Assembly: GCA_002269645.1 (NCBI GenBank) | Contig: NIVC01000001.1 | Span: 2,294,001-2,358,000, forward strand | Length of the DNA stretch: 64,000 bases | Origin: Macrostomum lignano | Taxonomy: Eukaryota | Direction: 5' to 3' | In this document: piece by piece, positions 48,328 to 60,068 of the stretch | Numbering within the stretch: position 1 is the stretch's first letter | Layout of the letters: the number at the start of each line of letters is the position of its first letter | Program-made: the position numbers and the translations under genes | The notes under the pieces: generated by a model | Told to the model about the DNA's origin: nothing | Databases searched by the model: none | What the model saw: the letters and a program-made list of their open reading frames with translations, nothing else

Positions 48328-50510
48328 ATGGTTCGACTAGGATTGTTAACACTCTGTTTATTCATCTGCATCTGCGTGCGATCGGAGCAATCGCACACAT
48401 TGCGAAATGGTGAGTCAAGCAGAGAAGACACTGGGGACTGCAGAGAAGACACTGGGGACTGCAGAGAAGACACAGGGGATTGCAGAGAAGACACTGGGGA
48501 CTGCAGAGAAGACACTGGGGATTGCAGAGAAGACACTGGGGACTGCAGAGAAGACACTGGGGACTGCAGAGAAGACACTGGGGATTGCAGAGAAGACACT
48601 GGGGATTGCAGAGAAGACACTGAGGACTGCAGAAAAGACACAGGGGACTGCAGAGAAGACACTGGGGATGACAGAGAAGACACTGGGGATTGCAGAGAAG
48701 ACACTGGGGATTGCAGAGAAGACACTGGGGATGACAGAGAAGACACTGGGGACTGCAGAGAAGACACTGGGGACTGCAGAGAAGACACTGGGGATTGCAG
48801 AGAAGACACTGGGGATTGCAGAGAAGACACTGGGGATTGCAGAGAAGACACTGGGGACTGCATAGAAGACACTGGGGATTGCAGAGAAGACACTGGGGAT
48901 GACAGAGAAGACACTGGGGATTGCAGAGAAGACACTGGGGATTGCAGAGAAGACACTGGGGATGACAGAGAAGACACTGGGGACTGCAGAGAAGACACTG
49001 GGGACTGCAGAGAAGACACTGGGGATTGCAGAGAAGACACTGGGGATTGCAGAGAAGACACTGGGGATTGCAGAGAAGACACTGGGGACTGCAGAGAAGA
49101 CACTGGGGACTGCAGAGAAGACACTGGGGATTGCAGAGAAGACACAGGGGATTGCAGAGAAGACACTGGGGATGACAGAGAAGACACTGGGGATGACAGA
49201 GAAGACACTGGGGATGACAGAGAAGACACTGGGGATTGCAGAGAAGACACTGGGGATTGCAGAGAAGATACTGGGGATGGCAGAGAAGACACTGGGGATT
49301 GCAGAGAAGACACTGGGGATTGCAGAGAAGACACTGGGGATTGCAGAGAAGATACTGGGGATGGCAGAGAAGACACTGGGGATTGCAGAGAAGACACTGG
49401 GGATTGCAGAGAAGACACTGGGGATTGCAGAGAAGATACTGGGGACTGCAGAGAAGACACAGGGGATTGCAGAAAAAAACTTGTGATTGCGGAGTCACTT
49501 GAGATCAAAACTGAACGTCCCGAACCCTGCAGACTGCGGCAGTCGATTCCTCCCTCTTGACCGGAGCAGCTGCGATGCCTCATCGATGCCGGCCGCTCTT
49601 GCTTCCGCAGCCTTCATCTGTAGTCGGCAGTGCTCGCTGAATCCCCTCTGCAGGCTGGCCAAGTTGTCTCACACTGGAGCCTGCAAGCTGGTGATGGACT
49701 CGGAGGCGCTCAGCTTCACGGTATCAGCTGGAGAGTGCGCGATGCTCAGGATCGGTGAGTACTTGAGTCAGAACAGACTGAACGAGTGATGGTCGAATGC
49801 TTCATTGTCTGAATTTTGCTATTCTACTTAAAGTAACCAGTACATAAAATCTCAAATGCATTGCAGACTACAACCGCCTGGCGATCCGCGGTCACCGCAA
49901 GTTCTTCGTCATCCAACAGCGCAAAAGCGACTCCGTTGACTTCGTCAGAGGCTGGACCGACTACGTAAACGGCTTCGGAAATGAGGACAACTTTTGGACA
50001 GGTATGAAGCTATAGAAGTCATTGAGTCATAAACTCAATCGCTGTCAGAGTCCCTTTGCAGCTCATACCGATCGACTGCCCATTGACACCGCAGGACTGC
50101 GCTGGATCCACGCCCTGACCCGGCCGGTGGGCAGAACCATGCGAATGGAGGCTGTCAGGTTCAACGGCATGAGCTACCACTGCGAGTACAGTGGCTTCCT
50201 CGTGGAGGGCCCCGACACTGGCTACGCCCTGCAGTACGGCAGCCTGCTGCTCAGCAGCTCCAATGTTTCTGGAGACTCGCTCAAAGTGCACAGGGGAATG
50301 AAGTTTCAGACAACGGACGCCAACTGCAATGGTGACTGCTGCGCTAAAGTAAGAAGTGGTAGCGGATGGTGGTTCAACTACTGCGAGACCTGCAATCCAA
50401 ATGGGATCTACTACAGTGGAGGCGAGAGACGCGAAAACGACTACGTCCACTGGGACGCTGTTGCATTTGAAATGTCGCTGAAAGAGATTCGACTGATGAT
50501 AGAACTGTAA
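48328..50510 (+). CDS. Secreted PAN/apple-like + FReD protein, copy 2, 284 aa; exons 48328-48409, 49533-49754, 49867-50001, 50095-50510
   Basis: Signal peptide MVRLGLLTLCLFICICVRS; GT-AG phase-1 introns; exon 2 has the C-x3-C-x5-C-x10-C PAN-like core; exon 3 FFVIQQRKSDSVDFVRGWTDYVNGFGNEDNFWTG is the classic FBG motif; exon 4 completes the domain. Confidence 0.85.
48418..49475. repeat. 21-bp minisatellite (GCAGAGAAGACACTGGGGACT), about 50 copies, filling intron 1 of FReD copy 2
   Basis: Direct reading. Confidence 0.95.
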
Positions 50511-52779
50511 CTCGATAACCAATATTGAACTTATTGGCAACTTAGAATCGAAAATTCACAATTAGATACTCAACAAGCAGGCTGCAAAATTGAGTTCAAT
50601 TTGACATTGTTTACGATGCCAAATTTTGACACGCGTTTTTAAAAGACTCAAATGGTCTTATCAAGCTCCGATTGAACCCAGCTTCTCCGCTCTGAAGCCA
50701 TTTTGATTGAAATAAAATGTTAACTACGAAATTGGCCAGTGAGCATCAATAACAAATCAGGCAAACCTGTAATTTTTTCCTCACTAGATTCTGAACTCGA
50801 TTGCATGTACGAATGTAGAGCCCCGAGATGAAAAAAACACTTATTAAAAATCTGCAAATTTCTGTATGCAGATTTTCTGATGAGTCTATGCATGAGACTA
50901 TATTGCATGAGTCTATTTTTGTGTGCGAGTCCAAAACACTACATGTACATATGTAATGGCCCAGCACCTCCAGGGTACTTTGGCAGAGCTACAGGTATTC
51001 TGTCCGCTCGATTTATCATACTCCGCATGGTGACACTAACATGTATTTATGGATAATATTCAAACTGGAACTGCATGCTAAATTAAGCAAATGTATTAAA
51101 AGCAGAATCAAATACAAGTAGAGCCTGTGGTGTTTGATCAACTAATGCACCAAGCTATCCCAATAGACAATGCTGAAGTCATAAAAATACATTCAAATAC
51201 GAATAGACTCTATAGCTAGCCTTGAAGGTAAACAAGAGCTTCCTGACTCACTCCATGAAAAAAACGGTTTAAAAAGTGACACAAAAATTGGGAAACGGTG
51301 TGGGCTTTCTACAATTTATGAAGATCATAAACGAATTCCTGGCACACGCTTAGTGCCATAGACAAACAGCAAAAAAGCTTTCAGCGGGGCTTGAGTCGTA
51401 GAAAAGCAAGCAAAAAGATAAGAAGGAAGCAAAACATATTGTAAACTTTGATCTAGAAAGCTTGTGTTTTGCAAACGAACGTGTCTGCTAGGGACGTCGC
51501 CACGGATTTGATGGTGGGGGTGGGGGGGACGAAGCCAAGAATTCTACATGTACATGACAAAATTCCTACATTGCATTATTTTCAGAATCGGTATTGTCAG
51601 CGCTCATTTTGGCGCCGCATGCACAGCTATTTTTTGTCGCTCTGAAGCAAAATTATCGATTTCTATAACGGGTCACAAGATGGGGTGGGGGGACAACGCT
51701 TATTTACTGGGAATCTAACTGGAAAGAAGGACTTCTAAACAGATACATGCAAAAGGTTCCTCGGGTTCCAATTGCGGCTTCAATGGTTAACTTCAGTGAC
51801 TGACATTCAATGTTTTTTTATTACATGTACATGTAAGTAATTAGAATTCGGATAACTATCATGACATTTATTTGCGTAGTGGTGCATCAAATTAAGCTTT
51901 TCACTAAGAACTACTCAAAAACTTGAGTTGATCAAGTCCTTGCTGTTGACGTTGGCGTTGGCGTTGGCGTTCCTTGCTGTTCACATGCTATATGCTTGCG
52001 CTAACGTTTTTTTCAGTTTGTTTTTCGACGAGCCGTATTCAAAAGTACATGAAAACTTCAGCTCTATCGGACCATAGACAATTCGTCTTCAAATTGCATT
52101 TCATTTGTTTAGATTTCCTATTTGAACTCCTTGGGAAGCGAAAGATCGCTTTCATCGTCCAACATTATCTTCTCCAAAGAAGATTCACTTGTATTCGCCA
52201 GCCTTGAATCAGGGATCTAATAGCGGGATTAAATAAGGTGATTATCGCGAACCGGTGGCGTGAAATCCGCGTGCTTTCTAAGGTTCCGTGCGACAACAAA
52301 CAAGACGTCTTAGGAGACTTTTTCGCTTGAGCAGCTCAGGGCGGAGCTAGAACTGCTCTCCGGTGGAGTTCTGGATTGAGAGCATTGTTATGAAGTTTTA
52401 TACGATGCATAAACTTGACTCTGGTCTCGCTGATTTTATTTCCTCTACTTCAGTATACGGTGGACTAAGAAACTTCTCAAAATATGAATTCTATTTCAAC
52501 AAAGATAGACCAAAACAACAAGGAACTGCGAAAAAAATCTGCGCATAAAGTAACAAGAACTGATCATCCAGGCGTTTAGCAAGGCCTGAACTCTACATGT
52601 ACTGCAGCAGTTTGTGTCTAATGACCGGTTCGCCTAGCCGGCTTGCACGGTGTGGGCTAACCGGCGTTTGCGATTGGCTGGGAGGGGGTTGCTTGACTCC
52701 ACCCCTGGGGGGTGGGTGTGTGGCGTTGGGGTGGGTGGCGCTGTGCCGCTGTTCTCGCGGTGTAACTCATGGATTCCGC

Positions 52780-54380
52780 ATAACTAACAAAGCACGCAGT
52801 GATCCCCAGCCAAACATTGAACTGGAAAACTATTATTCCTTGAAGGCCAACATTAACCAGGCCGATTTACAGATCCAGAAAGAAGTTCTGTGCGGTCGGT
52901 ATCGCCGCTGGCATCAAGCCACAAATTGTCAGTGCCTTGAGAGCCATTCCTAAGCCTGGATTCGCCTCAGTGCGACTCATTCACGATTGCAGCGGGCCCG
53001 AGGGACTCGCAGTTAACGACTACTACTCGATGCCTTCAAAGTTCCGTTTGACATCCGCTACGAACTTCAGCAGAAGACTGCGTCCTGGCTCTTACATGTG
53101 TAAGGTTGACCTTAGCCAAGCCTACCGTTCGTGCGGGATCCACCCTGATGATCAGATGCTCGCTGGCATCAAGTGCTTGCCTCCTGATAGCCGCGAACCA
53201 GTCTACCTCATAGACACCAGGCTTCCGTTCGGAGCAGCGGCTTCCGTCTACTGTTTCCAAAAGCTGAGCTCTGCCATCAGACTCATGATGGTTTCTATAA
53301 CACGGAGGCCTACATTGATGATTTTGCCTTCTGCGGTTCCTTGACTGAATGCAGGGACTTCTATTCGGAGCTCAAGAGTCTCATTGTGCGCCTCGGTTTT
53401 GAGATCAACGAAGGGAAATGTGTGCCACCGATTCAAGTGCATGGTTTTCTTGGGAATCAGATTCGACTCTGTGGCTGGAACGATGTCGCTACCGCCTGAA
53501 AGATTGCCTGGCGAAGCTTAACGGCGAAGCCGAGGCTTTCCAAGCGGATGCTGCGGAGAGTGATAGGCAAACTGAACTGGGCTGCGCAGGTTGTACCTCA
53601 CGGGAGGCCTTTCCTGAGGGACCTCGTTAACGCTGCCGAGTCGCTGAAACGCCTGAGTCATCGAATCAAGATGAACACTCCACTGCACAGCTGCTTGCTC
53701 TGGTGAAGCCTTGCGCTGGAAAGGCGTCGACCATCGAGGCAGATGCTTGCGGCCTAGGAGGTACTGCTATTCTCCAAGATGCGAATGGTTGCCGGGACTG
53801 GCTCTACTTCAACTGGTCAGCTGATGCTGAGGCTGAATACGAAAATCTTCCTATTAATTACATGGAGGCTGTGACCGTCCTTTTCTCGGTAATCTTCTAG
53901 GGTAGCCAGCTTTTTGGCTATCGCATTGACGTTTTCTGCGACGAAGCTGCCTGAAGCAGCGAAGGGACCTGACAGCAAGTGTCATCCGGCCTGGCTCTGA
54001 GCCTGAGGCACAGCAAAACCAACCAGTTCGGAGCCCGGGTGCACCGCGTGCTGCTGCCGAAACTGTCCGGTGGCCACCCACTCTGCCCGACGGAAGCCAT
54101 GATGCCACACCTTCGTGTTAATGGCGTCTCAGCTCCGTCCACCCCGCTCTTCTCAGTGTCAAGCGGCTCAAAGCGGGTCAACCTGTCAGCTTCTAACTTC
54201 GTGCGCTACCCCCGAAATTCCCTCCGCTGCGCTGGACTTCAAGGCTCAGGAGTGCTGTACTCAGCGCACAGCCTGCAGCGGGGCGGCGCTACGTGGTGCC
54301 TGCAGCTGGGCTGGCCGAAGATGAGATCAAGGCTGTCAGTGGCTGGCGCAGCGACGCGGTTCGGTGCTACCTACTGTAGA
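52780..54380 (+). mobile_element. Decayed tyrosine-recombinase retrotransposon (DIRS order, Ngaro-like): RT, RNase H and YR remnants
   Basis: RT motifs KVDLSQAYR, DTRLPFG and a frameshifted YIDDF (53311); RNase H EADACGLGG...LPINYMEA; YR SKTNQFG..LCP..HSLQRGGAT and a frameshifted IKAVSGWRSDAVRCYL; multiple frameshifts; element ends not defined. Confidence 0.8.
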
Positions 54381-55578
54381 GAGCGAAGTCGAGAGAGAGA
54401 GTGAGAGAGAGAGATTTATGCGTTATGTGTAGCCGAAAAAGCCTCAATTCAATATAGGCTCTGTGCGATCGATTTGTATATTTAGCAGCGACCCTGAAGC
54501 TGAAAATTCGTACACTAAAAACAGAAAATCAATCATATTGGATGTACATCGCATATGCACACCAGGAGTAAAAACAAATATCATGCCAGCCCTAGGCAGC
54601 AGGCGCCTACACCTACCTGGGAGTGACTTATCTTTCCGAGCTGCCAAGAAGATGGCTCAGGCGCTTCAGCGGCTTTGCTAACTGGGCCACTTCGTGGTTT
54701 TTTCGCTAATTTTCTTATGCGCCCTCAGCTAATTTTCTTTCAAAACATTTTCCTTGTCGGTTTGCTTTGCTTTTACCTTTCTTGCTTGCCTTTGTAATGT
54801 TTTATTTCCTTTTCTTAACATTCGTGAACCTTCGTGCTCGGTGTTTTTCACTTCGTTCTCGTTTTTTTGCTGGTCTTTGTGTTTGGCATTGGGCATCGTT
54901 TGCGCCACCTGTAGTTTCACCAAGCGGTTTTCGTTGTTGCCTCCCTTTTATACTGGTCACTGGTGTCACTGGTGCATATTTTCAATAATTTGTGAAAGAT
55001 TTATTTGTCAAAAGGCGGTCTATTCATGTTTGTGTCGGAATAAACATATTGAAAGGCCAGGTCAATAGCAAATTCAAGTGGAACATTAGTGAATAGAGAT
55101 TCGACATCAAAGCTGACCAAATTATGGGTGACATTCGGCTCGATTGTCTTTGAAGTAGTGACTGAATTGCTTAATGGAATAAGGCAATATGGGCTTCACG
55201 GCCGACATGCGTAGCCTAGTTCAAAGTTTTATGACCGATCTCAGCTGTGAAACAGATGTTGGTATGAGTGGAATTGATCAAATCCAGGAAATTTAGATGC
55301 ATTTGATGGAACGGCATGGTATAAAGCGATATGGGCTTTACGGACGACATGCGTAGCCCAGGCGTTGAACCAGCATAGGGTCTCGAAGCGCCCATATGGC
55401 TGGTAGCCAATCAATAACTACCGCTCATAATTCAACCAATCAGATACAAGATTACTGCTACAAAATCTCCCATGCGATGCTGCAATTAAAAACTTTCTTG
55501 CTTCCGTAGACTTTGAAAACTTTATCAAAAAGTAGTCAAGATTTCATGTTTCCTACCATTTCGATTAACTATTTTCTG

Positions 55579-56756
55579 ATGAAAAACCGCTTGCTGATCA
55601 TTTCCACGCTTCTGAGCGTTGGCGCAATGACTAATGGTAAGAATTTACAACTTGCAAAATTATACTGCAAAGAAATTTACTGGTTTTACATGGACATGCA
55701 TTGTTAAAAAGTCGCTGGGCATTGCAGCGTCACTTGAAATCAAAACTGAACGTCCCGAACCCTGCAGACTGCGGCAGCCGATTCCTCCCTCTCGACCGGA
55801 GCAGCTGCGATGCCTCATCGATGCCGGCCGCTCTTGCTTCCGCAGCCTTCATCTGTAGTCGGCAGTGCTCGCTGAATCCCCTCTGCAGGCTGGCCAAGTT
55901 GTCTCACACTGGAGCCTGCAAGCTGGTGATGGACTCGGAGGCGCTCAGCTTCACGGTTTCAGCTGGAGAGTGCGCGATGCTCAGGATCGGTGAGTACTTG
56001 AGTCAGAACAGACTGAACGAGGGATTTTCGAATGTTCCATTGTCTGAACTCTGCCCTTCTACTTAAAGTAACCAATACATAAAGTCTCAAATGCATTGCA
56101 GACTACAACCGCCTGGCGATCCGCGGTCACCGCAAGTTCTTCGTCATCCAACAGCGCAAGAGCGACTCCGTTGACTTCGTCAGAGGCTGGACCGACTACG
56201 TGAACGGCTTCGGAAATGAGGACAACTTTTGGACAGGTATGAGCATTAAGCTGCAGAAGTCACGGAGTGCACTCATACAAACTCAATCACTGCCAGAGTC
56301 ATTGCAGCTCATACCGACCGACTGTCCATTGACACCGCAGGCCTGCGCTGGATCCACGGCCTGACCCGACCGGTGGGCAGAACCATGCGAATGGAGGCTG
56401 TCAGGTTCAACGGCATGAGCTACCACTGCGAGTACAGTGGCTTCCTCGTAGAGGGCCCCGACACTGGCTACGCCCTGCAGTACGACAGCCTGCTGCTCAA
56501 CAGCTCCAATGTTTCTGGAGACTCGCTCAAAGTGCACAGGGGAATGAAGTTTCAGACAACGGATGCTAACTGCAATGGTGACTGCTGCGCTAAAATAAGA
56601 AGTGGTAGCGGATGGTGGTTCAACTACTGCGAGACCTGCAATCCAAATGGGATCTACTACAGTGGAGGCGAGAGAAACGGGACCGACTACGTCCACTGGG
56701 ACGCTGTTGCAGTTGCAATGTCGCTGAAAGAGATTCGTCTGATGATAGAACTGTGA
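55579..56756 (+). CDS. Secreted PAN/apple-like + FReD protein, copy 3, 276 aa; exons 55579-55636, 55768-55989, 56102-56236, 56341-56756
   Basis: Signal-like MKNRLLIISTLLSVGAMTN; exon sizes 58/222/135/416; GT-AG phase-1 introns; same FBG motifs as copy 2. Confidence 0.85.
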
Positions 56757-58191
56757 ATAATGTCTTCAGATTTAGCTGATGAGACACAAACTGCTGCAGA
56801 AGAATTCAGTTTCTTAGGCCTGTTAATTTTTGCGCAGGGCTTTACGTACTGCAGATTCCCGTATTGTTCCGTTGATAACTTGGCAAGTGTTTTAGTCTGT
56901 CTTTGTTAAAATGAAGCTAATATTTTGAGAAGTTTCTCAGTAAACTGTATTTTGAAGTAAAAAGAAATAATATTTGAAATGTGTAAGACTAGAGCCAAGT
57001 TGATGTACTGTATTAATCTTTCACGACGATGCTATTGATTAAGAACTTCACTACATCTGCACGAACCTGAAATATATGACGAAATGAAGCTGCACAAGCG
57101 AAAAAAATCTTCTACGATCTAGGTGTCCCGCGATAATTGCCACCACATTACCACCTCGTTTAAACTCGCGCGATTACATGCCTGATTTGAGGCTAGCAAA
57201 TATAAGTGAATCTTCTTTGAAGAGAAGATGAATAAAAGCGTCGCGGTCTTTTGCTTCCCAAGGAAGTCTTAACAAAATTAAACGCAATTTGAAGACGAAT
57301 TGTCTATGGTCCAACTGATGTGAACTGTTTTAATGTGACGTAACCCGGGCTGTATGAGTGCAGCCACCAGGCCTCGCCCCCCTAGACTTAATTTATGTCC
57401 ACCTCTGGATGGTGCGGTAGCTGACGTTGTGGTCGCAGAGATCGCATCTTGAGATAGGCCCAGGTTTTTTGAAAACACTATTGAAGGCATTTTTAAACCC
57501 AAGATCTTTAGATCTTTAGGGAGATCTTTAGTTGGTGGGTGATTCTAGGCTATAATTCACGTAAGGCTTTCTTAATGCAAGCTCCATTTATATCATGTCA
57601 TAGACAGTTTCGTTCAATCAAAATGTTTTATCCAGTTTGCAAGAGATTTCATTCCCAGAGGCAGCGACACTGACATTGCACTGACATTGATACTGTTTTA
57701 TTCGCGCTGTTCTTGAATTGATTAGGCTGGAACGAAAGCAAAAAGGTTCAATTGCAAAAATGTATTGTAAATATATTATAACACTGTTTTGCGAAGCAGA
57801 TGCTTTCTAGATAAACATTTATTTACTAGCTAGTTTGCTAATTCCTTCTTATCCAGTTTAAATTATTTTTTTCTTTTCTGAGACTCAACCACGTATATAG
57901 TAAGCGTTTTTGGCTGTTTTATGCCAATATTACTGATCTGATCTTCAGGAGTCCAGAAGGCTGGAAAGGGTTCCGAAGTTCCGAAAGTACAGTGTAGTTA
58001 ACGAAACAGTCTGTACATGTAAAAAAATTAAAAGTAATTTTGAGGCTGATAAAAACTACCTGTACATATATAAGTCACAGATAGAGCTGAGGTTAAAGCA
58101 TAAACGGCCTCAATTGAAGTGATCATTGAAATTTCCTGTGCGTAGGTTTTTGTCCTTTCTTCAGCAATTGTCAAAGCAAATTACATTGCAA

Positions 58192-59894
58192 CAACAACAA
58201 CAACAAAATACGCTGTCAAGATGGCAAAAGTCAGCGTCACAGGGCGCGCTTCATGGATTGGGCGCGAACAAAGGCCGCGCAACCAGCAGTGTCCGGGGCG
58301 CCGGCGTCAGCCAGCAGACAGTCGACATAACGCCGAGTTCGCGCTTGACCTCGCCGGTAGGGTGCCTGCAGCGTGAGCAGCAGCACCTCCTGCACCGGCT
58401 GTGGGCAGTACGACTCGGCGCGGATGAGATGGCCTGCGAGCTGGAGTCGCCGACGGCGCAGTAGATCACTTGGACGTGGCAGGCCAGCGCGGCGATAGAG
58501 TGCCACGTTGGTGACTCGCTCGACGCCGATGTTGAAGGCGGCGCGCAGCAGGCCAGCGTGCGCCGCATCGACTTGCTGTTCGAGTGAGTCCGTCAGCGTC
58601 CAGGTCTCGGCGTTGTACAGCAGGACGGTCTCGATTACCGTCTGGAACAGCGCCGCCCTTTGGCGGTCCGGTAGGGCCTCGGACTGCAGGACTGCCCTCA
58701 CAGAATGAAAGGCAGTTTTTTTAGTGTCGTAAAGTGTTTTTAGACCCGTAAAGACGTTCTCTTACTGCGAAGACTCAATTTATTGCATGATAAATGCCGC
58801 TACCTCCTCGTGGTCAGAGTGGAGAGCCGCGCTTAACTGCTGCGGCGGCCAAATGCGGCAGGACCAAGCGAGGGCAGCGGAGCGCCCGTCGGCGTGTTGA
58901 GCGCCGGCGTGAGCGGAACCGACGAGGCCGGCTGCGTGGCGCCGCCCGTCAAGCTGCCGCGCGGGTCCACTCGGATCCTCCGGGTGGCGCCGGGGACCGT
59001 GAGGCTCAACTGCATCGAGCCCAAGCTGTACCACAGGGCATGCTTCGGGTCGGGACGCTGAACTGCCGCACTCTCAAGGCTGCTTGGCGTAGAGGGGTAC
59101 TGGCGAAGCTGGCGTACGACCTGAGCTGCGACATCATCTCGCTGCAGGAGGTGTCTATCAAGGCCGACCCGGGACTTCATTGTGAGGACTTGGGCGCCGG
59201 GTGGACCCTCTACTATACTTCTGCGGACCAGCGAGGCCGTGGAGGAGTTGGAGCGCTGATCGGGCCGAGGCTGCAGCAGAGCTGTCGCTGCGTCTCTCTG
59301 TCCCCCCGGTTGCTTCGGATCGACGTCCGGCTCCGCGGTCGGAATGCTCGCCTGTTCTGCGCGTACGCGCCCCTTGCCACACGCCCTGACGAGGCTCAAG
59401 AGTTTTTCGAGCAGCTCTCAGTGCAGGTAGAGGCGACGGCGCAGCGTGACACAGCGGTCGTCCTCGGAGACCTGAACGCAGTCCTGCGTAGGTCCGAGAG
59501 GTCGCTGTTCGTGACGCCACGCGGGAACAACAACACCGAGGCACTGGAGGACTTCCTGGAGAGGCAGGACATGGTGTCGGCTAACACCCGTGTCCGCAAG
59601 CCACTGAGCGGTCTCGCAACCTTAGTGGGCTGCAAGCGGAGGCGACGGAACGCGCGTGGCAGGAACGCAACCCGGAGACAAGCACAGCTCGACCACGTGC
59701 TCGTGCGTTTCCGTGAGCGTCGTCGCGCCGTCAACTGCCGCACCATCACGCCGCTGGCTCTGCGGTCCGATCACCGGCTCCTCATCTGCGACCTCAACCT
59801 TCGCGATCCGCTCTACCGTCCGCCGAAGCGGCCACCGCGGCGCTACTACCACGCGCTCAGAGCCACCGATACGCAGCGTTGCTTTGCTAGCGCC
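58192..59894 (-). mobile_element. RTE-clade LINE insertion with 5' inversion: sense 3' end on minus (58192-58701) plus inverted endonuclease segment on plus (about 58800-59894)
   Basis: Minus ORF ETVLLYNAETWTLT..RRLQLAGHLIR is an RTE RT C-terminal motif, followed by a (TTG)n tail; plus ORF has APE motifs GTLNCRTL, SLQEV, GRGGVG, VLGDLNA, QLDHVLV, SDHRLL; 11-bp TSD TTACATTGCAA at 58181-58191 and 59895-59905. Confidence 0.8.
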
Positions 59895-59961
59895 TTACAT
59901 TGCAATAATGCAAAGTACAAGTACATGTGTACATATCAAGGACTATGTGGGTAGTATAGGC

Positions 59962-60068
59962 GTATCGTCGACTGCCTGGATTCGGCCGGCGGCCTGGCGT
60001 TCATTCGCGACGTGTCCCTGAGACGCGCCCCGTGACGCTGAACGCAAATTATGTTGTTGTTGTTGTGT
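59962..60068 (+). mobile_element. 107-bp 5'-truncated RTE-like 3' end
   Basis: Translates RIVDCLDSAGGLAFIRDVSLRRAP*, similar to the C-terminus of the neighbouring RTE; (TTG)n tail; 7-bp TSD TATAGGC (59955-59961, 60069-60075). Confidence 0.7.
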
